Shown in pieces: positions 20,221-28,633 of a stretch of DNA of 32,000 bases; position 1 is the first letter of the stretch; every line of letters begins with the position of its first letter. The translations under genes were made by a program, and so were the position numbers. Origin of the DNA: Candidatus Kuenenia stuttgartensis (GTDB lineage: Bacteria > Planctomycetota > Brocadiia > Brocadiales > Brocadiaceae); the NCBI RefSeq assembly GCF_900232105.1, contig NZ_LT934425.1, positions 1,560,001 to 1,592,000 of the forward strand, given 5' to 3'. The notes beneath the pieces are model-generated. The model was not told the DNA's origin, made no database searches, and was given only the letters and a program-made list of their open reading frames with translations.

Positions 20221-20606
20221 CCCTCTCCTCCCTTAAATTTTTACAGACAATTAGAATTTGTCACAAAATGAATGCCATAATTTAAAATTGACTTCCTTAA
20301 AATTATGAATACTTACTTTCCTTCTTACCAACCTCCTTCCCGAAACACTACCCAAAAAAATACTCAGACAGTGCAAAATTTGTAAGTTTTATTCCATTAT
20401 ATTTCTAATTTTTTGGTTTTTAGAGAAAAATCGACGAATTCTTTACTCACAAGAAGACAAACTTGTCTGAAATATTTAATGCAACACTTAACAACAATGC
20501 AACTAATTTGAGAGCGCTATTGTAATAGGTATATACCTGTTTTTGTTAGCATAATACATTCTTACAACTCAAATCAAGGAAATGTTTTATTACAGACGCA
20601 TCCCAA

Positions 20607-21140
20607 CTACCGACCAGGACCATGGCTGCCTGGCTGATCAAATAGCCAATCCCTGTTTTTTTTATGACAAGCAAAACATGTTTTTTCTATAAGGTCAGCA
20701 AAAGCCTTTAACGTTTCCTCCTGACTCCCCTCCATTGCCATCTTTCTCACATTCAATGCTTTATAGACTATTCCACTTTGGAACAAAGCAAATTCCTCTC
20801 TAAGTTTTGTTATTTTTCCGGCGTCTTTAGGGTCAATACCCGCGCGTTCAAACCATTCGTTCTTTTTAGGATCAAACGGAAAGAAGAACTCACTTATTTT
20901 GTAACTTTGATCTACTACAGCGCCAGCCTCATTTGCCACATATTTCAAATTATTTTCCAGAATACCCGATAACATATTAGTCAGACGTTTTTCAATATCC
21001 TTCATCAACTCCTGCGTTGGCTCAATAACCCCTTCATGTTCAGCAGCTTTTCCGCTTGAACCCATAGCCTTGTGAGTAAACATGCTATTCCCAATACCTA
21101 ACATAATTAATGCCAACACGCCAAAAACAACATATTTCAT
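20607..21140 (-). CDS. Exported monoheme cytochrome, cytochrome c'/c556-like
   Basis: Track ORF to 21167; likely start MKYVVFGVLALIMLG. Mostly helical, with a single near-C-terminal heme motif EKTCFACHKKNRDWLF. Confidence 0.75.
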   Translation of the reverse strand: MKYVVFGVLALIMLGIGNSMFTHKAMGSSGKAAEHEGVIEPTQELMKDIEKRLTNMLSGILENNLKYVANEAGAVVDQSYKISEFFFPFDPKKNEWFERAGIDPKDAGKITKLREEFALFQSGIVYKALNVRKMAMEGSQEETLKAFADLIEKTCFACHKKNRDWLFDQPGSHGPGR

Positions 21141-21615
21141 TTTTATCATACCCATAAAATCCCACACCTTTCTTCGTAATTTTCACTAACAGAGAACTTT
21201 GCGCAAAAAAACCTTTCCTTAAACCAAAGCTAGAACTGCGCAAACTTCATTCCCTTTAAAAGATGTTCGCTTGACAACAAATAAAAACAAATTGTTACTC
21301 ATTTAATTACGCCATTATACAACATTACAAAACTACCCTTTTTTATACTGTCAATAAATGGACACCGTATCATAGTATTTCTATTTTGAAATCTATAATT
21401 CAAAAATGCAAACGAATGTCGCTTTCATATTTTGTATTTAGCATTTCGGATTTCGCAATTAAATATTAGGGCGTATTTTAGCCTATCGGCATCTGTATCA
21501 AAAAACGCTAGTAACGCATTGCCTGAACAGAACTAAAAGGAGCAACATGTGAAATGTTTTGTCTATTGTTATGGAAGGAAATCAACTGCGGCTGTACGAG
21601 GCTATGCCAGAAAAA

Positions 21616-22920
21616 TTAGTGCGAATGGGATAAATCTTTTCCCATATATTGAGATTTTACCTCATTCACTATTTCTTCCGTAATTTCCTTATAGCCTTTC
21701 TCATTGGCATATTTCTCTATTCTTTTCCTCACTATACCCCTGATAAAAGAAGGAATACGTTCGGTTTGTTCACGCGCCACATTCGTCCAAATTAAAGGCA
21801 GGCATTCCGTGGAAGAATCTTTTTCCTCATCCTCCCCCAAACCGGCTAAAACAGTTTTCAGTGTACGATCCTTTGCATCGCCAACAGTTTTTTCCGATAC
21901 CTCAACAGAACGTACTGTGGGATCTGCAACTGATGCTATGTTGCCTCCGGTTAACATAATATTGCACGGTGCAAGTCTTAGCAAGTTTTCGGCTGTACTA
22001 CCGATGTCTAAGCCATTTGTATTATGAATCCCTGTTTTTCCTACAACCAGCAGCGAAGGCTGTCCTTTTTTCAAGTACCGCAACACCTGGTCAAATGGTT
22101 TTCCGTCCAATAAGATGGAAGATATTGCTACGCCCTCTTTTTTTGCGATACAACATGCGTTATCAAGATGGCTTTGATAAATCTTAGCAAGTCCTTTATC
22201 TATTATTTCCTCATGAAGAGTTTCTTGTTCCTTAAATCTGAAAATTTTTCCGGCTTCTTCAGAAAGTACTTTTGCTATACTTTCAAATGCCACGCGGTGA
22301 TAATGAGGATCGTATATCGATATCGCATCGATCTTTAAATGAAATGACCTTGAAAAAGAAACTGCCGACTTAATCCCTTCTAACGATTGCATACTACCAT
22401 CGACCGCAACAACAAGACGCTCCCCCAACTCTCTTTTCTTTACCACGAGAACATCTGTTTTTAAGCGCCTTACAACACGTTCGCAAACACTTCCAATAAG
22501 ATTTTCATTGACAGAAGCAAGCCCTAGTGCCCCTATGATTACCAAATCATAACCACCGCGTCTTGCTTCCTTGATTATTTCACAATAATTTTTACCTTCC
22601 AGCAAAATGTCTTCATGTTCAACATTTGCGCTTCTGCATTTCTTCTTGAAGACATCAAGGTACGACTCTGAAATCATCTTCAAACCCTGGTTAATTAGTG
22701 ACGTATGTAATTCGCGCTGTCTTTGCAACTCTTTTTCATCCTGGTACTTTTCCGGCAATCCTTCCTCCATGTCACGAAAGCGCCTCTGGTGCAATGACGC
22801 GTCATAAACATGGCAACCTACCAGAAGTGAGCCGTATTTTAACGAGATCGCAATGCCTATATCGATACAATAATCAGAGTATATTGAATTATCTATCGGT
22901 ATTAATATCTTTTTATACAT
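21616..22920 (-). CDS. Tandem universal stress protein domains fused to a C-terminal PCP_red-like domain
   Basis: 434 aa; first USP half YKKILIPIDNSIYSDYCIDIGIAISLKYG...LVIIGALGLASVNENLIGSVCERVVRRLKTDVLVVKK; second half ERLVVAVDGSMQSLEGIKSAVSFS...LLVVGKTGI...AENLLRLAPCNIMLT; C-terminal LIWTNVAREQTERIPSFIRGIVRKRIEKYANEKGYKEITEEIVNEV. Confidence 0.82.
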   Translation of the reverse strand: MYKKILIPIDNSIYSDYCIDIGIAISLKYGSLLVGCHVYDASLHQRRFRDMEEGLPEKYQDEKELQRQRELHTSLINQGLKMISESYLDVFKKKCRSANVEHEDILLEGKNYCEIIKEARRGGYDLVIIGALGLASVNENLIGSVCERVVRRLKTDVLVVKKRELGERLVVAVDGSMQSLEGIKSAVSFSRSFHLKIDAISIYDPHYHRVAFESIAKVLSEEAGKIFRFKEQETLHEEIIDKGLAKIYQSHLDNACCIAKKEGVAISSILLDGKPFDQVLRYLKKGQPSLLVVGKTGIHNTNGLDIGSTAENLLRLAPCNIMLTGGNIASVADPTVRSVEVSEKTVGDAKDRTLKTVLAGLGEDEEKDSSTECLPLIWTNVAREQTERIPSFIRGIVRKRIEKYANEKGYKEITEEIVNEVKSQYMGKDLSHSH

Positions 22921-22964
22921 AACTCTATTTCTTTAAATACAAATTAAAAAAAATTCTCTGCGAT

Positions 22965-23531
22965 TTAAACAGATTCGCTTTTCAACTTCTTCCACTCACT
23001 GATTGCGCCGCCAGCCAAAGCCACAGTGATTACCGCAATAAATAACCATCGAAATGCAGTTTTCAAATCAGCGGTCTTTCCTCCCTCAACAACAGATTCT
23101 TTCTCGGCTGCAGCAATTTTTATTGTTTTTTCAACAGAAAGCCCCTTAATAAAACCTGCCAGTTCTTTAATTCTGTTCTCGGTAAAGACATTTCCCCACG
23201 GCGGACAAAGATTGGATTTTCCAATGGAAGCCGTTCCACTGGTAATTGATTTGATTAAATCCGATTCCGGCCTCGTCGCCATGTACGCCGCATCCGTAAA
23301 ATTTCTTGGCTTAGGGTTCAAGTCTATCGTGTAAAAGGTACCCCGACCATCGCCGTTTTTTCCGTGACACGGCGAACAATAATACTCAAATGAAGCTTTT
23401 GCCGAAATCAAAAACTCTGTTTCCCTTGCAGAGGTTATCAATTCCTTCGCAAAACAGACACCGCCCGTCAAAAATAAAACAAACACCGGAATGATAAAAA
23501 CTCTCCCTTTTAAAAACAAAAAATGATTCAT
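22965..23531 (-). CDS. Membrane-anchored monoheme cytochrome c
   Basis: 188 aa; signal peptide, FEYYCSPCHGKNGDGRG, C-terminal TM helix (FRWLFIAVITVALAGGAI). Confidence 0.88.
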   Translation of the reverse strand: MNHFLFLKGRVFIIPVFVLFLTGGVCFAKELITSARETEFLISAKASFEYYCSPCHGKNGDGRGTFYTIDLNPKPRNFTDAAYMATRPESDLIKSITSGTASIGKSNLCPPWGNVFTENRIKELAGFIKGLSVEKTIKIAAAEKESVVEGGKTADLKTAFRWLFIAVITVALAGGAISEWKKLKSESV

Positions 23532-23533
23532 TG

Positions 23534-25036
23534 TTAATTTCCCTCTTTTCCCTTGACGTGATCAATCAAGAATCCAACCAACGACTTGATTTCCTGATCA
23601 GATAAAGCATAATTAGGTTCTATTGCCCTCGGATTCACCAATATCGGATTTTTCAAGTGATGAAACATATATGCAGGCTGCAACCGATCGCCAACGGTGC
23701 CCAGATTTGGCCCTACAACACCGCCACCCTTAGTTCCTTCTGCGTGACAGGCATTGCACCCTTTATCGTAAAACAAGTTCTTCCCTGCCTCAACTACCTC
23801 CTGAGATGGCTTTTCATTGTCAAAAATTCCCGAAGGAAGCTTCTTGTTTGTAAGATATTTTTCCATAAATTCAGTAGCAAAAGTGGCATCTTCTCCCGTC
23901 AAGTTAAATTTTGGCATCTGCTGGCTCAGAGGCCGTATAATATCAGGTGCCTTTAAAAATTCATTTTCCCAATCCATTTTCATCTTTGTTCCAGCTTCTG
24001 TAAGATTGGGAGCATAAGTACCCCCTTTTTTCTGAATGGTGTGGCAGGTTAAACATCTAATTTCATACAAAACCTTCTCAAATCCTTCAAGTTTTTCCCT
24101 ATTTCTCTCAACAACCGGCATTAACTCACTCAAGCCTTTTATATCGTGACAAACGAAACAACGCGATCTTTCAACAACCTCTTTTCCTTTTGATATAAGG
24201 GCGCTGTCACCTTTAATTGTACTGTATTCAGCATTAGTCAAAAACTTTGTTTCTTCGATAGTTTTCGGAGTGCCACCATCCTGTCCGTCTTCACCTTCGT
24301 CTTCGTATTCCTCTTCAGGCATAAACTGAGTGTCACGCATAACATACTCAACCAGTCCTCGTATTTCTTCATCTGAAAATCTGAACTGCGCCATCAGTGT
24401 ATCAGGAAAATGCATCTTTGTATTTGCAAGCCAGTCATACAACCAATCCCTGTTAACCTTTGTAACAATACTTCCTAAATCAGGCCCGACGCCAACGTTT
24501 CCACCAAGACCTTTAACCGGATGACAAATGGTACAACGCGCACGACCCCAAACCCCTTTTCCCATCTGAAATATTTGGTCCATTTTATCATATTCTTCGT
24601 CTGTCATATCGTCTTCGCGTTTTAACAAATATTCATCCCATTTAACCTTTGAAAGCCCATCATCTGCAATGCTCCCCAAATAAACAATCACCGCTTTAAT
24701 CTCGTCAAACTCAAGACCCAGGTCAGGCATCTTTGCATTTGATATGACCTCCTTTGGGTTGGCGATCCATCTAGATATCCATTCAATGTTTGCCTTATGC
24801 GTAACATTAGCAAGTATAGGCCCGTTTTTTACTCTTTTATATGGATCCTCAAGTTCAAACGGAAGAATAGACCATCCTTCAGGTATTTGGTATTTTTTAT
24901 CTATTTCCAAAAACATTGGTTCAATACTTCTTTCTTGCGCCAAAGCTATACCAATACCAACAAACAATGCAAAGCACAACAGTATCGCCGACACAATTAA
25001 TCTGTCACAAAATCCTGATATTAATTTTAACTGCAT
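23534..25036 (-). CDS. Multidomain tetraheme cytochrome c with a heme-less N-terminal cytochrome-like domain
   Basis: 500 aa; CTICH, CFVCH, CLTCH, CNACH; N-terminal region resembles a cytochrome c domain but has no CxxCH. Confidence 0.85.
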   Translation of the reverse strand: MQLKLISGFCDRLIVSAILLCFALFVGIGIALAQERSIEPMFLEIDKKYQIPEGWSILPFELEDPYKRVKNGPILANVTHKANIEWISRWIANPKEVISNAKMPDLGLEFDEIKAVIVYLGSIADDGLSKVKWDEYLLKREDDMTDEEYDKMDQIFQMGKGVWGRARCTICHPVKGLGGNVGVGPDLGSIVTKVNRDWLYDWLANTKMHFPDTLMAQFRFSDEEIRGLVEYVMRDTQFMPEEEYEDEGEDGQDGGTPKTIEETKFLTNAEYSTIKGDSALISKGKEVVERSRCFVCHDIKGLSELMPVVERNREKLEGFEKVLYEIRCLTCHTIQKKGGTYAPNLTEAGTKMKMDWENEFLKAPDIIRPLSQQMPKFNLTGEDATFATEFMEKYLTNKKLPSGIFDNEKPSQEVVEAGKNLFYDKGCNACHAEGTKGGGVVGPNLGTVGDRLQPAYMFHHLKNPILVNPRAIEPNYALSDQEIKSLVGFLIDHVKGKEGN

Positions 25037-25051
25037 AAAAGCTCCTTGATA

Positions 25052-26659
25052 TTATTGATCCTCTTCTTCTGACTTAGGCGGAAACCTTCTTAATCGAGCA
25101 AGGAACCAAAGCTCTACACTCGCTCCCATAACAACAGCAACTAATACATAGACAAATACCGTTTTAGGCATTGGTTTTTCAAGTAAGATATAATACCATG
25201 ATGATACCGATTTTTGACTGCCCGCATCACCATTAGAACCATCCCACACTGCAAAGGCAATTGGTATCAGCTTACCTATCTCAAATTGTATATCCTTCTT
25301 CCCGTCCTCTGTCTTTAAAGGCCGTTTAAATACTACCTTCCACCGACCATTATCATGCAATCCTTCCCCCATGACATCCTGATTTTCCGGCGACTGTATA
25401 GAAATTTTCTTAAATCCCTTAGCATTTAGCTCTACGATCTCGCCTGGTTCATTTGCAGGCATTTCTGCTATTGAACCAAAACCTTCTTTCCAACAGGCCT
25501 TCCATTGCCACAGGTTGACCACCCCGCCGGAATCACCCATTCCAAAATAAGGTTTTTTTAGCGATTCGGGTATTTTTACGGGAAATTGCAACGAAACGGC
25601 ATCCCTGAAAATATCCTCCTGCAGGTTTGTACGATCATCCCATTCTACGAGAAAAGCAATCTCTCTATCATTGTATAGCCCCCGAATCATCATAGAATCG
25701 ATCGCAGGCTCCCACAACCGTGGATGTGCAACGATCTGCCCTGCTAATGGAATCTCCAGAGGCGCTGCTAATCCCCAAACTTCATCTGCAGGATGGTCAG
25801 GCAATTCACCTTCTTCCAAAAGCTTTACCTTTACAACAACATCAGAAGCCATTTTCTTTGACAGACTTTCCACATAGTGGGCCAAACTCCACCGTTCCTC
25901 ATCACTAAGCGTTTCTTTATAAGAACCCATCGGAGTCTCGTTAAATCCGGTAGAAATCGTCCGATAAATATCACCAGCCGTGCTCCCCCCTTTATAGTTC
26001 CACGATTGCGTCAAATCCCTCGCACGATAAGGCATGCCCCACTGCGTTTGCAAAGCAACCGTGAGCGGCCCATTACCCCGCCCTTCTTCCCCGTGACAAT
26101 TAAAACATTTCACTTGTTTAAATAGTTCTCGGCCTTTATCAATACTCTCCTGGGTAGCAACTGCGCTTTCGACACTCAACACTGCAGGAGCTGTTTCTTT
26201 CTTAAATTGTTCATTAAACGTCTTTATATAATAAATTACCTGCCATCTTTCCGCTTCGCTGATAGTACTCCAGAACGGCATCGCCGTTCCCTCTATACCG
26301 CTCGTTATGATACGAAAAAGATCTTCATCCGTCGGCACAGAACCAAATGGCGTGGACCTTACCTTAAACTCATTACGGGTAAAGTTCCGCGGTCTGGGAA
26401 ACATAGTTCTGGAAGATGGTCCATCACCGGTACCGGTTATACCGTGACAATACCAGCATCTTTTTTCGTAAACCTTTTTTCCTTCTGCTACCGCATTCTG
26501 GTCTTCCGGTAATTTTTGAGGCGTCTCACGTTTGTACGTTCTGAAAAAGTGAGAGGCTTGCGCCTCAACCATATCCGCTTTGCAAAAAGCCACAATACCA
26601 AAAGCAATCAAGCTAAAATTAATTACTTTACTTTTAAACAGTTTTATCATTGTAGTCAT
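25052..26659 (-). CDS. Diheme cytochrome c fused to an EB_dh (NxrC-like) heme b domain and C-terminal TM helix
   Basis: 535 aa; CWYCHGITGTGDGPS and CFNCHGEEGRGNGPLT, then ...IAFLVEWDDRTN...KKPYFGMGDSGGVVNLWQWKACWKEGFG...WKVVFKR...AFAVWDGSNGDAGSQKSVS as in NxrC; TM near C-terminus. Confidence 0.87.
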   Translation of the reverse strand: MTTMIKLFKSKVINFSLIAFGIVAFCKADMVEAQASHFFRTYKRETPQKLPEDQNAVAEGKKVYEKRCWYCHGITGTGDGPSSRTMFPRPRNFTRNEFKVRSTPFGSVPTDEDLFRIITSGIEGTAMPFWSTISEAERWQVIYYIKTFNEQFKKETAPAVLSVESAVATQESIDKGRELFKQVKCFNCHGEEGRGNGPLTVALQTQWGMPYRARDLTQSWNYKGGSTAGDIYRTISTGFNETPMGSYKETLSDEERWSLAHYVESLSKKMASDVVVKVKLLEEGELPDHPADEVWGLAAPLEIPLAGQIVAHPRLWEPAIDSMMIRGLYNDREIAFLVEWDDRTNLQEDIFRDAVSLQFPVKIPESLKKPYFGMGDSGGVVNLWQWKACWKEGFGSIAEMPANEPGEIVELNAKGFKKISIQSPENQDVMGEGLHDNGRWKVVFKRPLKTEDGKKDIQFEIGKLIPIAFAVWDGSNGDAGSQKSVSSWYYILLEKPMPKTVFVYVLVAVVMGASVELWFLARLRRFPPKSEEEDQ

Positions 26660-26736
26660 TAGCTCTTCATTAAAATTAACATTAATTTCAAATTTTTAAA
26701 TACCGACAAAGCTGGACGCCGCCAGACAAGGTTCTC

Positions 26737-27507
26737 TTATTCTGCTTTTTCTCTTTGCCGCGGCATCACACCTGCCGTATCGTATTCTCCCATGATAATC
26801 TTCCACATTTGCTCATCTTCCAAATCACCTTCCCATGCAGGCATTGCAGAGTCCCACGGTGTGGATTCTGAGGGGAGACCAGGACCTCCCTCCTTAATTC
26901 TCCAGAAAAGATAGTTGTCAACCACCGTTGCAATTGTACCAGGGTCCTGGAAATTAATTGGCCTCAGGCGAAAAGAATTCGCAAACGGCCCGTTGCCGTC
27001 GGCCTTTGAGCCATGGCATGGGCGGCAATACGCCTGAAAAAGCACCTTCCCTTCCTCAACACATCGCCTTTGAGTATCCGCATCTTTTCCTCTAAATGGA
27101 TTTTCAAGCTTCTCATATTTTTGCGGCAGGGTAGGGTGCTGAATTCTTAATTCAACGGGTGAAGCTGCTCCAGGCAGAGAATAAGAATAAACAAACCAAC
27201 CTACAACAAGCGGAAAGGCCATAAGAAATATTTTCTGCAAAAACATCTTAAGGAAGGCCCCTTTACCCGGCAATAAAAACCCTAAAAAATCGGCAAATTT
27301 CTGATTACTTGTCGTAGCGTAAACCAAACCTGCCAAAATCCCCATAATCAAGTACCATGTCATCAGCGTACTTGGAGTCGGCATAGGATGCCCTTTATCC
27401 ATTAATACCTGAAAAACCCACGGAGATACATATTTCAAGAATAAAAATAAAAATACGACTGCCGCAACAACCCAAAACATTAAATACGGACTTCGCTTAT
27501 TCCCCAT
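26737..27507 (-). CDS. Membrane-anchored monoheme cytochrome c
   Basis: 256 aa; two predicted N-terminal TM helices; QAYCRPCHGSKADGNGPFANSFRLRPINF; C-terminal MPAWEG...DEQMWKIIMG. Confidence 0.87.
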   Translation of the reverse strand: MGNKRSPYLMFWVVAAVVFLFLFLKYVSPWVFQVLMDKGHPMPTPSTLMTWYLIMGILAGLVYATTSNQKFADFLGFLLPGKGAFLKMFLQKIFLMAFPLVVGWFVYSYSLPGAASPVELRIQHPTLPQKYEKLENPFRGKDADTQRRCVEEGKVLFQAYCRPCHGSKADGNGPFANSFRLRPINFQDPGTIATVVDNYLFWRIKEGGPGLPSESTPWDSAMPAWEGDLEDEQMWKIIMGEYDTAGVMPRQREKAE

Positions 27508-27557
27508 TAATAAACACTCCTAACGTTAACCATCGCCCTAACCATCTCAACCAAGAC

Positions 27558-28508
27558 CTACTTTAAACTTCTCAAATATTCGATTACTGCATAAAACTGG
27601 CGCACACTTAACAACTCACCTATATTTCCAGGCATAATAGAGACTTCCTGCTTCTTCATATCTTCAATCTCATCTTTCGGAATAACCACCTCTTCCACAG
27701 AACCGCTTTCTTCCAGTATCAACGTAAGTTCTTCTTCAGTATCGCTTTTTATTAGTCCGTTGTAAGGGATACCATCTGCTGTTATTACAAAGACCGTCTC
27801 ATAGCCCTTTACGATAACAGCGCTTGGCTCCAAGATAGACTCAACAAAATACTGTGGAGTCTGAATTGCGCCAATGCCTGTGAGTTCTGGCCCTACTTTT
27901 TGACCCTTGCCGTTTACCATATGACATTTGCCACAAGTAACATCAAGCGATTCATCAAAAAATACCTGTTCCCCCTCTTCCGCGGTAACTGCCAAAGGTG
28001 GAACCCAAGGCTTCACCTTTGTCTTAGAAGCTTCCGGTATTTTATCCTTAAACTTCATAATGGCATCTAAATCCGGCTCCCCCCCCAGGGATTGCAAATA
28101 GGCCAGAACAGCAAGTATTTTCTCACGCGACAACATGATCGGGGGATCATACACCCTCGGCATAATCTTATCGAACCCCTCCACCACGTATTTTTCCGGG
28201 TCAATTATCGATTCTACTAAATACTCTAAACCACTGGACAAACCAAGCTCTTTCGCCCTTTCCTCCGCCCTCTCTGCCAATCCTTCCTGATCAGGCCCTC
28301 TTGTAGCACTGCCGCTGGAACCTATTTTGTGGCATGTACTACACTGCCCGTCGCCCCAGAAAATTTGCTCTCCGGCTTCAGCAGAAACACCGGTTGCTGT
28401 CCCCCCCCCGCCCGTACCAGACAAACCAGTAACATAGACGGTGATATACATGTAAAACCCTATGACAGCAACTCCAAATGCAACAATTTTTAACATCGTC
28501 TTATTCAT
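27558..28508 (-). CDS. Diheme cytochrome c, membrane-anchored or exported
   Basis: 316 aa; CSTCHKIGSSG and CGKCHMVNGKGQKVGPELTGIG; N-terminal hydrophobic segment. Confidence 0.87.
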   Translation of the reverse strand: MNKTMLKIVAFGVAVIGFYMYITVYVTGLSGTGGGGTATGVSAEAGEQIFWGDGQCSTCHKIGSSGSATRGPDQEGLAERAEERAKELGLSSGLEYLVESIIDPEKYVVEGFDKIMPRVYDPPIMLSREKILAVLAYLQSLGGEPDLDAIMKFKDKIPEASKTKVKPWVPPLAVTAEEGEQVFFDESLDVTCGKCHMVNGKGQKVGPELTGIGAIQTPQYFVESILEPSAVIVKGYETVFVITADGIPYNGLIKSDTEEELTLILEESGSVEEVVIPKDEIEDMKKQEVSIMPGNIGELLSVRQFYAVIEYLRSLK

Positions 28509-28633
28509 AAGCCTTCTTTTGCCTTCTTCTTACCACCATGATCTTAAAAATTTATCAACACAATCATTATTCATCATAATGAGTCAATCACTAAGGCTGT
28601 CAAATGATAAATCAATAAACAGTCTATACAACA

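Noticed and set aside
21301-21360. TTGACA and TATAAT hexamers on the minus strand upstream of the cytochrome c'-like gene
   Set aside because: Spacing between them (about 29 nt) is too long for one promoter; not called without transcript data.
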